The translations under genes were made by a program, and so were the position numbers. A stretch of 63,760 nucleotides of DNA, the filler included, from Octopus bimaculoides (lineage: Eukaryota): assembly GCF_001194135.2 (NCBI RefSeq). It is 7 parts of 5 records of this genome, joined end to end, with 100 filler letters (N's around TTAATTAATTAA, not from the genome) between each part and the next. Parts side by side here need not be neighbours in the genome. Positions count along the whole stretch, not along the records: positions 35,674 to 46,148 come from NC_069003.1; positions 46,249 to 55,553 come from NC_068987.1; 5 more parts are not named here. One strand, given 5' to 3'. Position 1 is the first letter of the stretch; every line of letters begins with the position of its first letter. Shown one piece after another: positions 39,988 through 54,427 of the stretch. The notes below the pieces were generated by a model that saw only the letters and a program-made list of their open reading frames with translations, made no database searches and was not told the DNA's origin.

Positions 39988-40329
39988 TGAATGTGTGTGT
40001 GTGTCTATATGTGTGTATGTGTCTGAGTGTGATTTGAGTGAGATCTAACTACTCTAATTTATAGGTTCCACAACTACATTTTAAGCCCCATCACTGGGCC
40101 TCCTGCATATGCAACCACAGAGTATATCGTACGTAGATTAACACCAGGCTCCTTATATCCGGAAGGTGGGGGTCCCTTGGCAACCGCGCAGTGTACCCCA
40201 CGTGCTTTAAAGCAGCACTGCGTATAGGATCCCCCAATGGAGCTGGAAATTGGTGCTTCCTTCACCGGGCCTCACCTGAATGAGCCGACCTTATATAAAG
40301 GCATTCCAACCCTGACCATTCCGCCGTCT

Positions 40330-43130
40330 TTATTCCATAAAAAGAGAAGAGGATGAGAAGGATAAAGAAGAGGAAGTAGAAAAAAGAAGGCTAAAAGAAG
40401 ACGAGGAGGAGGAGAAAGAAGAGACAGGTTAAAAAGAGAAGAGGATGAGAAGGAGGAGAAGCGGAAGAAGAAAAAGACTAGAAGAAAAGAAGAAAAGGAG
40501 AGGAAGAATAATAAGAATTAGGAGAAGAAAGAAGAGGACGAGATGATGGAGAAGAAGAAAACGAAGAAGAAGAAGAAGAAGAAGAAGAAGGTAGTGGTGG
40601 TGGTGGTGCAGGTGTTTGATGAATAAAGCTGGAGGTAAAAGAACAAAATGAAGGCTTTTGTCGAGTGGAATAAAGAGGGAACTCCGACTGTGCGAGGCAA
40701 GGGGCCGAAAGGTGCTCCCTCTCAGCATGCCTCAACTCAAACAACCACCCAACCACCCACTCCTGTTTACACCACGTGCCATGGTAGCCGGTGCTGACAC
40801 TGCCACAACGACGACGACGACGACGACCATCACCACCACTGCCACCGCCGGAACCATTACTGCGGCGACTGCCGCCGACACCACCACAGCCTCCTCGATC
40901 TTTGGCCACCACCACGACCACCACGACTACCACGACCACGACCACGATGACGACGACGACGACGACGGCAAAAACCACCACCACCACCACCACCACCACC
41001 GCTGAAGACACAATCATCGACCCACGTCGCTGNNNNNNNNNNNNNNNNNNNNNNNNNNNNNNNNNNNNNNNNNNNNNNNNNNNNNNNNNNNNNNNNNNNN
41101 NNNNNNNNNNNNNNNNNNNNNNNNNNNNNNNNNNNNNNNNNNNNNNNNNNNNNNNNNNNNNNNNNNNNNNNNNNNNNNNNNNNNNNNNNNNNNNNNNNNN
41201 NNNNNNNNNNNNNNNNNNNNNNNNNNNNNNNNNNNNNNNNNNNNNNNNNNNNNNNNNNNNNNNNNNNNNNNNNNNNNNNNNNNNNNNNNNNNNNNNNNNN
41301 NNNNNNNNNNNNNNNNNNNNNNNNNNNNNNNNNNNNNNNNNNNNNNNNNNNNNNNNNNNNNNNNNNNNNNNNNNNNNNNNNGCCTCCACCACCACCACCA
41401 CTACTACTACGACTACTACTACTTCTACCACCACCACCACCACCAGCGCCGTCATTGACACTATTGTTCACTTGGTCAATTGTGTCCAGTTTTAAGTTGG
41501 TATCACGTCTCGTAAAGGAGACACATGGAGGCAGGGACGAAGTCGTGTATATATGTATACGTGCATGTGTATGTATGCATGTATATGTATGTATATGTAT
41601 GAATGTGTATGTATGCATGTATATGTATGTATATATATATATGTGTATGTATGTGTATGTATGCATGTATGTGCTTATGCGTAAAATTGTGTACGTATCA
41701 GTACAAGTGGGTGTTGCATGTAAGTTTCAGAGACAAAGAGAGAGAGAGGGAGAAAGAGAGGAACAGAAAGGTAGAAGTGGGGGTGGTCATGGTAAGGGGA
41801 GTGGTGATTGTGTGTGAAATTATAATGTGGAGGGTGTGAAATAGATATCTAACAAATAGATAGCATGGCGTCACTAGCATTCATCTCCACCCATCTTCAC
41901 TCATTCTCACACCTTACCGCTTAAGATCTAACCCTAGTCCCCACCATCGACATTGTTACTGCTACCACATGCACCACCAGCACTACCACCACTGCCATCG
42001 TCGTCATCACCGCAACCCGCTCCATCACCGCAGCCCCCGCCATCACCGCAAGCATGAACCCACCTTCCTCCAGGCAACTATCATCAGTCGCAACTTAATT
42101 TCCGTACACATGCATTTGACACGTACGTACGTACATGCATGCATAGATGCTTACACACATATATATAATACATACACACGCATACACTCACACGCACACA
42201 CACGTACGCACCCACACATATACAAACACACGTATACATAAAGTATACACATAAGCATGTATCCATTTATTCACACTAATAGATACACGCATCCACATTT
42301 ATATATGGGTGTGTATGTGTGTGCGCGTGCGTATATATCTATGTATATATTACAAACGCATTTATACACACACATACACATATATATATATATATGTGTG
42401 TGTGTATGTATGTGGTATGTGTGTATGCTCTCTCCCTCCTCTTTCTCACATATATTTATGAACACATATACATTACACACACGCGCATATTCACCCCGCC
42501 CGNNNNNNNNNNNNNNNNNNNNNNNNNNNNNNNNNNNNNNNNNNNNNNNNNNNNNNNNNNNNNNNNNNNNNNNNNNNNNNNNNNNNNNNNNNNNNNNNNN
42601 NNNNNNNNNNNNNNNNNNNNNNNNNNNNNNNNNNNNNNNNNNNNNNNNNNNNNNNNNNNNNNNNNNNNNNNNNNNNNNNNNNNNNNNNNNNNNNNNNNNN
42701 NNNNNNNNNNNNNNNNNNNNNNNNNNNNNNNNNNNNNNNNNNNNNNNNNNNNNNNNNNNNNNNNNNNNNNNNNNNNNNNNNNNNNNNNNNNNNNNNNNNN
42801 NNNNNNNNNNNNNNNNNNNNNNNNNNNNNNNNNNNNNNNNNNNNNNNNNGGAGGAGACTGATGATGATGATGATGACGATGATGATGATAGTGCTGGTTG
42901 TGATGATGATGATGGTGATTGGTGGTGGTGGTGATAATGATGATGATGATGATGATGATGATGCTGATGATGATGATGACGATGATGATGATAGTGCTGG
43001 TTGTGATGATGATGATGATGATGGTAATTGGTGGTGGTGGTGGTGGTAGTGATGATGATGATGATGATGATGATGCTGATGATGATGATGATGGGAACGA
43101 CGACGACAACAATGACGATGATGATTGTGG
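40330..43130. repeat. Cluster of AGA, ACC/ACG, CAT and ATG trinucleotide arrays with (AT/GT) microsatellites
   Basis: Directly visible; explains the poly-H/T/D/M/S ORFs. Confidence 0.85.
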
Positions 43131-43887
43131 AGTCAGGTTGTTCTGTAGACAGCACTGATAACGGACCTGTTGGTTGTTGTTGCTGCTTATCAAAGCGGTT
43201 CCAGCCGTGACCATCATGTACCTTATATTCAGACGACTGCGGCCCAACCTGGGCCTCAATTAATCTAATTAATAAGCAGTATGCTCTGTTATATAAACAC
43301 ACGCACGTACACACCTTTTTACCTTTTACTTGTTTCAGTCATTAGACTGCGGCCAGTACTTATTCTATTAGTCTCTTTTGCCGAACCGCTAGGTCACAAA
43401 GATGTAAACAAACCAACACCAGTTGTCAAGCGGTGATATCTATATATATATATACATATATATAGATATGTATATATANNNNNNNNNNACAACGGAACGA
43501 ACACATAGGAAAACGGAAAGCCCCTTGGAATATCCCTTCATCAGCTGTCTCTATTCTATCTAGACGTTTCGAAGACCAATATATATGTATATATATATGT
43601 ATATATATATGTATATATATATGTATATATATGTATATATATGTATATATATATTCTTAAATTGTTTCAGTCATTTCAGTGAGGCCATGCTGGAGCACTG
43701 CCTTAAAGGATTTTAGTCGAATAAATCGACTTATTCTTTGTAAGCCTGGTACTCTTTCCATCGTAAACATACCAGCATCGGTTGTCAATCGATGATGGTG
43801 GGGAGGACAAACACAGACACACACAAAAATATATACATACATACATATATATACATACATATATACACATACATACATATATACATA

Positions 43888-43948
<61 letters not shown>

Positions 43949-44490
43949 TATTATTTATATTATATATATATACATACATATATATATAATATATAATATA
44001 TATATATATATTATTTATATAGTATGTATATACATATATATATAATATATATCAAATATGTTTGTGTGTATGTGTGTCTTTGGGTTTGTTTCTGACACCC
44101 TACCACTGCTTTAAAACCAGTCTTGGTTTGTTTACGTCCCCGTAACATAACAGTTCGGGAAAAGAACCAATAAAATAAAAGTACCAGACTTCTAAAAAAA
44201 AAGAAAAACCCAAAAAAAAACGAAAATAAAAAACAAATCAAAATCTGGAGGTCAGTTTATTCGACAAAAACCCCTTCAAAACGATACTCCAGCATGGTGA
44301 GACAAAGTGACCGAAACAGGCCAACTGACCACGTAGGATTCCAAGCGACTTATTAACTGGTTTTGTCTCTTTGCTTATTTGGTTATTTGTAAAAGAATGG
44401 CAGAGCACTGATTCCATTATCCAGAGTTGAATCTTGCTAAACATGTCAAGGGGTATGAGAAGCGTGATGATGTTTATATCAATAGACATT

Positions 44491-44522
<32 letters not shown>

Positions 44523-44589
44523 TGTATGTATGTATGTATGTATGTATGTATGTATGTATGCATGTATGTGTATGTTATGTATACATATA

Positions 44590-44645
<56 letters not shown>

Positions 44646-46248
44646 CATTCCTACAAACGCGCTTCTACCTCTCGTACATACATACTTACAAACACATATA
44701 TGCTAACACATACGCGCATATAAAGCATGCCCACATGCATACATGCACATACATTCATTCATGCACATGGAGCCTTGAATCTATGTTAGAGTCCGGCTCT
44801 TTCTCTATGGACAAGAAATACAGAAATGAAACTGATTGATAACATACATACATACATAAATACATAAACGCATACATTCATCTATAAATACATACATAGA
44901 TGCATTCATACATACACATACATACATGCGTACATACATACATACATACATACACACATACATACATACATACATACATACATACATACGAGCTAGGAGC
45001 GTTAAGTAAAAAGCTCTGTGATCGTAGGAAATGACATGAACATAAGACTATTAATCGCAAATTTGCTTTAAACCTACACACTGTATAACATAACATGAAA
45101 CGCCTCAGCATCAATGTTTTATATGTTCTTCCTGGAGATATTGGAGAAACATTCTGAGCAGGGGTTGGTTGCTGAGTCGCATTCGGAATATAATTAAATA
45201 ATGCGGATTTGATGCAGTATGATTAAATAACTATAGGCGCAGGTGTGGATTCTCAACCGCATGGTTTCGGGTTCAGTTCTATTGCGTGGCATCTTGGGTG
45301 AACATGCTCTATGAACGGGACGCCATTCCACCGCAGGATTACGCATTTGCAGCTGATTGGACTGGACCAATTTGAAATGAAGTGTTTTGTTCATGACCCC
45401 GTCAGTTTGGGAATCGAAACCACGATCGTGCGATCGAGAATGCAACACCCCAATCACTAGGTTATGTGCTTTCATGTGCAAAAAAGACAAAAAAATAACA
45501 AAAACAAAAGTATGGCGCAAAACGGTCTTGGTAGGTAAACCGTTTATTAATGATTAAATAAGCAACGAAGGTGGTGAACAGGCAGAATCGTTACTGCACC
45601 GGAAAAAGTGCTTAGCGGCATTTCGTCCGGGTGGATAAAGTAAGTACCAGCCGAGTCCTGGAGTCAATGTAATAGAATTACCCACCTCCAAATTACTGGC
45701 CTTGTGCGAAAATTTGAAACCAATAATGGGGGAATTACTGAGCCTTCGTTTCTTCTAAGACACACAACATCATCAGTAAAACTTGCCCGACAGAATGAAA
45801 TAAATATCACTCGAGAGAGACTGGATAGACGGATATTATTTCATTGCTTTCTTTTTTATGTCTATTATCTTTTACTTGCTTCAGTCAGTGCACTGTGGCC
45901 ATGCTGGAGCACCACTTCGAAGAAGAATTTCGTCGAATAAATCGACTCTAGTTCTTAGATTTTTGAAAGTCTGCTACTTATTCTATCAATCTCTTTTATT
46001 TATTATGTATGTTACGGGGATGCAAACAAACATGCACAGGTTGTCAAGCAACGGGTGAACAAATACAAAGCGCACGCGCGCACACGCACATACACGACGG
46101 GATTCTATAGATCTTCCGTCTATCAAGTTCACATACAAGGGACTGGTCNNNNNNNNNNNNNNNNNNNNNNNNNNNNNNNNNNNNNNNNNNNNTTAATTAA
46201 TTAANNNNNNNNNNNNNNNNNNNNNNNNNNNNNNNNNNNNNNNNNNNN

Positions 46249-46416
46249 CACACAAAGTAAACGGAATTTAAAAAATCTAATTACTGCACTGGAAAGTTCA
46301 GATCGAGAAAATTCCATTGATGTAAAAATTTTTACGAAAAAGTGGAAAATGTGGATTTCTATAAACATTCAAAAAGGCTTCACACAAACACACAATTTCA
46401 GATTTATATATTAAGA
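46249..46416 (-). mobile_element. Young Helitron-like non-autonomous element 5' end, identical to 54428-54595
   Basis: 168-bp exact reverse-complement match; begins TCTTAATATATAAA next to an (ATCT)n tract. The Helitron assignment is an inference. Confidence 0.55.
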
Positions 46417-46418
46417 AG

Positions 46419-46478
<60 letters not shown>

Positions 46479-46498
46479 CATCTCTCTCTCTCTCTCTA

Positions 46499-48180
46499 TT
46501 GTTTTGTTTTTTTTGTCTTTGTTGCCATACACATTCACTAGCTTTCTTACATAGACCTTTTTGGGGGCAACCAGATCGAACCATCTCAAGTGTAACTGCC
46601 CGAAATGGTTGTGACTTTTGGGACTTGACTGAGGAAAGTAAGCCACGAATAACCCATCTTTTTTTGGCTGTCCTTCTAATTGTTGTTTCTCTTGTCTGCC
46701 TTTGTATTGTTTATCTGTCTGAATGTTTTAATGCCTTCTATTGTGTTTTTGTTCCATTTTTATATTTATATATATATATCAACCCTTTCACACTTCATTC
46801 ATTCCACTCTTCATTCTTTCATTCCACCTCTCTCACATTTCCTGGCCTTCTCTTCATGCTCACTTTCCCTCCTCTTTCACTTCACTGTGTCTCTTTCATT
46901 TTTTTTTCTCGCCCCTACTTAATTCTTCTATTCCTCTGTCTCTAACTCCTCTCTTCTCTTCCCATGTGACCGGTGTTCGGCCAGGCCTGACCTTTCTTTC
47001 TTGGTTTGACTACCATCCAACAACAACTATATTCCTCCCTGTGCCTGTCAAATCTTATGTCCCTGCCATAAGGCTTTACTTCCACACATGCCAGCTTAAT
47101 TTAATTCATCTTTAGTCGAAAGATACCTGTTGTTATGTCCTGTTAATTGCATTTGTATTTGTGTAACATTTCTCTTTTTTTTTTTCTTGTCCTTGTTTTC
47201 ATATACATTCGCTGCTTTCTTCCAAGGAATCTAATGCTCTTAGCTTAGTTTTTCCTTGGGGCTGGCCAGATTGGAGCAATCTCGATTATAACGAGCCGAA
47301 ATTGCAAAGATAATCTGGAACTCAACCGAGGATAGAAAACTCCAAATGACCCGTCCTTGTTTTCTCTGTATCGTCTATCTGGATGTTTTGTTGTCCCTTT
47401 TTAGCATCACCTAACTGTCTGGATTTTTTGCGTTCTTGTCCCATTTTTGTATTTTATATATATATATATATAGTGGCATATATGTACACCTTTGTGCTCA
47501 CCTTATAGTAGGTATGTATCTAAATTTTGTACCACTCTTACTCTATCTTTTATTCCCTCTCTCATTTTTCTTTCTTTTTCTCGCTCTCCCTCTCTTACAT
47601 TTCTTGTCCCCCCCTCTTTCTTTAACTCCCACTATTTCCCACTCATTTATCTCCCCTGTACTTTTCTCTTTGTCTCTGATTTTTTTCTAATCCTTCAATC
47701 CCGCTGCTCCCTACCCATCTCTCCTCCTTCCACGTGACTGGGGTCTGGCCAGCCATAATCTTTCTTTCTTGGCCTGACTGCCGACCACCAAGAGTTCTTA
47801 TGTTCATCTCCTATGTTCCTGCCCTTAGGCTTTCACTTCATACACACCAGCTCAATCTGATTTGTTCTCAGTCGAAAGACAACTGTTGTTATTTCTTGTT
47901 GTTTGTATTCATAATTGTGTACCATGTTCTCCGTTTTTTTTGTTTTTTTGTCTTTGTTGCCGTACACATTCACTACCTTTCTTACAAAGGGGTCTAATGA
48001 TCATGAAATGGTCGTGACTTCTGGGACTTGACTGAGGAAAGAAAGCCATGAATGACCCATCTTTTTTTGCCTGTCCTTTTAATTGTTGTTTCTCTTGTCT
48101 GACTTTGTATCGTCTATCTGTCTGAATGTTTTAATGCCCTCTATTGCATTTTTGTTTCATTTTTATATTTACATATATAT
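46499..48180 (+). repeat. Tandem, diverged fragments of one interspersed repeat family (A 46499-46770 / A' 47930-48180; B 46960-47150 / B' 47720-47900)
   Basis: Shared blocks gggacttgactgaggaaag.aagcca.gaat.acccatc and agtcgaaaga.a.ctgttgtta. Confidence 0.7.
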
Positions 48181-48199
48181 ACATACACACACACACACA

Positions 48200-48237
<38 letters not shown>

Positions 48238-48444
48238 CATGCACACATACACACACACACACATACATATGTATAAGTAATTATTATGACTCTGGATATA
48301 TGTCTATTAGTATGCCGATTAAAGCACATTCTTCCTTCTTTTAACTTTCGGTTTATATCCTTTTGTAGGTTTTATTCTCTATCCTTTATCATTTTAATTT
48401 ATGTTTTTTTGTTCAATGTCAACTGTACCCAGATCTATTTGCAG

Positions 48445-48524
48445 GTTGTAACACCAAAATTATTCTGCCCTCAGTCAGTGTACCCATATACTATGAACGA
48501 GTAGAACATGCCAAGAGGAACTCA
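48445..48524 (+). CDS. Candidate internal coding exon (x-CNTKIILPSVSVPIYYERVEHAKRNS); gene unknown
   Basis: T-rich region plus tttgcAG acceptor, CA/GTATGT donor, 80 nt open as 2+26x3, inside the CpG-depleted block. Confidence 0.45.
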
Positions 48525-48949
48525 GTATGTGTTTTTATGCCAAACACCTGAGGTGACACAGGCTACACTGACTGATGCAAAACAACTAAATGCATAAGGG
48601 ACAGCTGCAAGTTGGATCAAAACAATTGTCATGTTGAATAAAGATTTGTACCTAATCCAATTTTCATTTCCCTCATCAATCATATATATCTATACATTTA
48701 ATGGAAAATTAAGATAAATACCAAAATAAATATTTAATTCCTACATACATTGCACTTTTGCATTTATTTGGTGTTCAGCGTTGGATGTTCCTAGTGCATT
48801 GGGATGCCTAACTTTAATGGATCATCAAGGGAAAAGGGCTTTTTGATGACAGTATATATATTTTGATGCTTGTGTATATATTTTTATTAATAATCATTAG
48901 AATGTTCAAGCATTTTAATGAGTAAATAGTAAACTTCAATCTGTCCGTT

Positions 48950-50091
48950 ATATATGCACATTTGTTAGATGCTTGGCATTTCAACATACATTAACACAAA
49001 CTTGCAGTGAGACCAGTTGTACTTTCTGTGCTTGAGATCACCTTGGAAATGAAGATCCAAAATGGACATTATCAACACTTCATGCTCTTGCTTTTTTTAA
49101 AAGCAAGACAGTTGTAGAAACCTGCAGGAGATATGCACTGAGAAGATGCTGTGTACAGAGAAGATGCCGTTAAAGAATGTGAGTGCCAGAATTGGTTTTC
49201 AAAATTTCAATTAGGAAATTTTTCATTTTAAGATGCACTTTGCTCTGGCCTGCCAAATGAGAATAATAGTGACACCAACTCCAATTATACAACCTGGATG
49301 AGTGCAGAAAATACCCCAATATCCAAATCAAGTGTTGAAAACCTAGTTATGTTAGCAGGCTTCATCTTTGGGCCTCATATCAGTTGAATGAGACTATCTG
49401 TGTCCATTTGTTGCAAAAACATGAAGAAAATGATCCTATTTTAAAGAGAATAGTGATAGGTGATAAAAAATGGATCGTCTATAACAATGTGAAGTGCAAA
49501 TGATCATGAAGGAAGCATGGTGAACCACTGCAAGCAACCCCCAAAGGGGGACTCTAACTGAAGAGGGTTATACTTTCAGTTTGGTGGGAGTAGAAGGATG
49601 TCATCTTTTAAGAACATTTTCCCATGGATGATCATAATTCAGATGTGTACTGTGATTAGCTGGATAAATTAAATTCAGTGATCCGCCAGAAGTATCCAGC
49701 CTTGCTAATCATAAGGGCATTGTCTATCATTATGTCAATGTCAGATCATACATTTCTTCAAAACACAGCAGAGGTTACTGAGGCTTGGCTAGCAAGTTTT
49801 GCCACACCCTTCACATTCACCCAACCATTCACTTTCAGGTTTCCTCTCAAAATTCAATGAATGGACAGACCTTCAACTCTGCAGAGGTTGTAAAAATTCA
49901 CCTGGAAGAGTTTCTCACCAGTAAAACAGAAAATTCTTCCAGCAGGAAATAATGGATCAGCCCATAAGATGGCAGAAGATGCTGAAACAAAACGGCAAGT
50001 ATATCGTTGATGGGATAAATTGCTTTGTGTTTAAAACTTTTGTGTTATTTTCACTTAAAAAAAGTGAATGGACTTTTTGGCTAACCCAGTA
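48950..50091 (+). mobile_element. Mariner transposon remnant with right TIR
   Basis: QNWFSKF..DA.CSG.P, ILKRIVIGDKKWIVYNN, K.V.LSVWW, HPP-like/DYHLFRSLQN frame fragments; ends ctttttggctaacccag-TA; many stops. Confidence 0.85.
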
Positions 50092-51040
50092 TATATTTAT
50101 ATAGATATTTATATCTATCTACATACATATATACATATGTATATCTATTTATCTATCTATCTATCATCATCATCATTTAACATCCATTGTCCATACTAGC
50201 ATGGGTTGGACCATCTACCTACCTACCTACCTACTTACCTACCTACCTATCTACCTACCTAACTACTTATGTGCCTACCTACCTACCTACCTACATACAT
50301 ACATACATGCAGACAAACAGACAGATAGACTGACAGGCAGACAGAAAGACAGACAGACAGACAGACATGGGTATATGTTAATCATTCTCATCTTTCAATG
50401 TCTGTCTTCTATGCTGGCATGAGGTCATAGTAACCAGTATACCAGAGGACTGCGCCAAGTTCCACTGTTTGCACTGACATAGTTTTTACAGCTGGATGAC
50501 CTTCCTAACACCAACCACAAATAGAGTGGACTGGGTGCTTTCTATATGACACCAGTACTGGTGAGGTCTGCTTTGGCATGGTTTTAGAGCTGAATGCCCT
50601 TCATAACACCAACCACTTTACAGAGTGGACTGGTTGCTTATTACATAGTACCAGCACCAGTGAGATCACCAAATAACTCATTATCAATAGGTAATAGCTC
50701 TCTAAATTTCCTCCATTCTATTATTAGTCTAGCAACAATACTTTCAGAACATCTGCCACTGCTAATTTTATACATACATACATACATACATGCATACATG
50801 CATACATACAGATGCACACACACACACACACACACACACATGTTTTTTTCTTTTACTTGAACAGTTTTAGTCAGATAAATTGACCACTCGTTTTTTAAGT
50901 TTTAGTACATATTCTGTCAGTCTCTTTTGTCAAACCAGTAAGTTACAGGTATGTAAAGAAACCAATGTTGTTAAGGGGTAATGGCAAACAAACACAAACA
51001 CAAGGACACACAGATATATATACACACATATGTGTATGTG

Positions 51041-51083
<43 letters not shown>

Positions 51084-54000
51084 NNNNNNNNNNNNNNNNN
51101 NNNNNNNNNNNNNNNNNNNNNNNNNNNNNNNNNNNNNNNNNNNNNNNNNNNNNNNNNNNNNNNNNNNNNNNNNNNNNNNNNNNNNNNNNNNNNNNNNNNN
51201 NNNNNNNNNNNNNNNNNNNNNNNNNNNNNNNNNNNNNNNNNNNNNNNNNNNNNNNNNNNNNNNNNNNNNNNNNNNNNNNNNNNNNNNNNNNNNNNNNNNN
51301 NNNNNNNNNNNNNNNNNNNNNNNNNNNNNNNNNNNNNNNNNNNNNNNNNNNNNNNNNNNNNNNNNNNNNNNNNNNNNNNNNNNNNNNNNNNNNNNNNNNN
51401 NNNNNNNNNNNNNNNNNNNNNNNNNNNNNNNNNNNNNNNNNNNNNNNNNNNNNNNNNNNNNNNNNNNNNNNNNNNNNNNNNNNNNNNNNNNNNNNNNNNN
51501 NNNNNNNNNNNNNNNNNNNNNNNNNNNNNNNNNNNNNNNNNNNNNNNNNNNNNNNNNNNNNNNNNNNNNNNNNNNNNNNNNNNNNNNNNNNNNNNNNNNN
51601 NNNNNATAGCATGTGGGACATGCAAAAATATAAAAAAGATATATGTCAAAAAACCCTTAAAAATATAAGGCACACGAAGAGCCTACAAACATTATAAATA
51701 GGTAGCTATAGACACTCCAATGCACATATATATGCGTGGGTTCGTGTGCACAGCCTTACTCGGATGTCCCCTTACTCCCATGTGTGCACATACAAGTTTT
51801 TATAAGCAAACATTCCACTACATACGTTGTTTGTGGCATCAGCGCTATTAGCCGTATCTAGAAAGCTGTAAGTGTTTTTTAGAAAGGAAGTTTTGTTGAG
51901 TGTGTGTGTGTCATTTCTATATATATTGGAAGGTTCTATGTAGAAGTTCATTTTATACAAGTTTTTAATGTTCCAGTAGCAATAACAGTGATGGTGACGA
52001 TGATGGTGACAACAACAACAACAACAACAANNNNNNNNNNNNNNNNNNNNNNNNNNNNNNNNNNNNNNNNNNNNNNNNNNNNNNNNNNNNNNNNNNNNNN
52101 NNNNNNNNNNNNNNNNNNNNNNNNNNNNNNNNNNNNNNNNNNNNNNNNNNNNNNNNNNNNNNNNNNNNNNNNNNNNNNNNNNNNNNNNNNNNNNNNNNNN
52201 NNNNNNNNNNNNNNNNNNNNNNNNNNNNNNNNNNNNNNNNNNNNNNNNNNNNNNNNNNNNNNNNNNNNNNNNNNNNNNNNNNNNNNNNNNNNNNNNNNNN
52301 NNNNNNNNNNNNNNNNNNNNNNNNNNNNNNNNNNNNNNNNNNNNNNNNNNNNNNNNNNNNNNNNNNNNNNNNNNNNNNNNNNNNNNNNNNNNNNNNNNNN
52401 NNNNNNNNNNNNNNNNNNNNNNNNNNNNNNNNNNNNNNNNNNNNNNNNNNNNNNNNNNNNNNNNNNNNNNNNNNNNNNNNNNNNNNNNNNNNNNNNNNNN
52501 NNNNNNNNNNNNNNNNNNNNNNNNNNNNNNNNNNNNNNNNNNNNNNNNNNNNNNNNNNNNNNNNNNNNNNNNNNNNNNNNNNNNNNNNNNNNNNNNNNNN
52601 NNNNNNNNNNNNNNNNNNNNNNNNNNNNNNNNNNNNNNNNNNNNNNNNNNNNNNNNNNNNNNNNNNNNNNNNNNNNNNNNNNNNNNNNNNNNNNNNNNNN
52701 NNNNNNNNNNNNNNNNNNNNNNNNNNNNNNNNNNNNNNNNNNNNNNNNNNNNNNNNNNNNNNNNNNNNNNNNNNNNNNNNNNNNNNNNNNNNNNNNNNNN
52801 NNNNNNNNNNNNNNNNNNGTTCATCCTCTAATTCCTTATGTACTTTGTACTTCTATATGTAAACCAGGTTGGCAAAATAACATAGTCTGCCATAGACACC
52901 TGTGCTTTGGTTCTTTCTTTCTTTTTCTTTCTTTTTTTGTCACTTTTGCTATGAATTAAATTAATGAATTCAACGGGATACACCGTCTGCAAGTAGTTGG
53001 GTTCAGCATATTATCCTCCATTTTCTAATTGTTATACAAATTTTGGGTAAAACCTCCACTTTTACCCGCTCCCATTGATTGCACTTAGTATAGCACTAGT
53101 GTAGCAATAATTGGGTACCCTCCCAGCAGTATACTGGATAGATATTATCCCTTAGTGGGTTGAACCCCCAACCCCTAAAGCTGGGCTTCTTTCATTTTCT
53201 GTTTGCCAAATCCACTCACAAGATCTAGGTTGGCCAGAGACTGTTGTCAAAAGCACTTGCCCAAGGTGCCACTCAGTGGGACTGAACTCAGAACCATGTA
53301 AACCATGTGACTGGGAAGGAAATTCCTTATGACACAGCCATGACTTCACTTATCTATCTATCTATCTACACACACTCACACACACACATAATAGGTTATA
53401 TAAGGACAAGGGAACAACAAATTATGTAATGAACATCATCAGCTTACAACTGTTTCTACTATAAGATGCAATGCACTCATAGTTGAATGCTTATGTATCA
53501 CCTTATATGAAGTGCAATTTTATTTGGGAAAGTATTTATATGAATGGAAAATGTCACCAAAATAGAAAACCCAATTTGAAGGGGAAAAATCCCACTCCCA
53601 AAAATATGTAGATTTAGATAACTATGTGTATATATATTATATGTGTATATAGATGGGTTTATTGTATGCCCATCTGTATACATATCTATGCACATCTATA
53701 TTCTAAGCAGAAGAGCCAGGAACTGACACAACCTACCAGTGTGAACATTTTCACACATCTATAGGAAGGGTGGCATCACTTTCCACCCAAAAGATTTTGC
53801 CCTTGTGGGATTTATTTTGGTGGAGAAAAAAGTCAAATACTTTTTGAATGCACCTTGTATAAATATGTATGTATGTATGTCTTACAATAATGAATAAAGA
53901 AATCTGTTTGAGATTTTTGATAGGAAATATTTTTATCATAAACAAAAAAATGTCATAATTATGAACAATAAACACCGAGATAGATCAAAGCTTATTGTAG

Positions 54001-54427
54001 TTGGACTAGGTATGATAACTGTCACTGTTGTGAGTCTCTTGATCTTAGCTGATCATTGTGTGTTGCTGTTGTCACCATCCATTGTTTTTGTGCTGTGACA
54101 GCACTCTGGCCTGCTGCTGGTTTTGCTATTGTCTGCTGTTTGCCATGTTCTGTGTCCAGTCTACTGTCTACCATCTAATAATCATAGTGGCTAAAGTGAG
54201 CTGAATATATAGTGGAGGTCTTGGTCAGAAAAAGCACACCAATGATAAAATTGCTGTTAGATTTGGTTCCACAGAAAGTCCTTGAATAGTCAAATTTTTT
54301 GATGATGGTAATATTTAATGCATTGCAATCATATTCTTAAGTTGTTTTTAGCTTTAGATATAGTGATCCGGATTTGATTTCTAAATCAAATATACCTGCT
54401 ACACATATATACAAATAAATAAATATA

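Noticed and set aside
40668-40722. Hairpin gagggaactcc/ggtgctccctc with ctgtgcga..ggc..gcc-GAAA
   Set aside because: The core is not CUGANGA and a third stem cannot be closed; not a hammerhead or twister by inspection
47265-47320. Hammerhead-like three-stem fold (ccagatt/aatctgg, ctcg/cgag, GAAA)
   Set aside because: No CUGANGA core on either strand
644-48524. Splicing MAGNSSRKE-A (671) to the 48445 exon gives a phase-compatible peptide
   Set aside because: It crosses four artificial joins and a sharp CpG boundary; phase compatibility has a 1 in 3 chance
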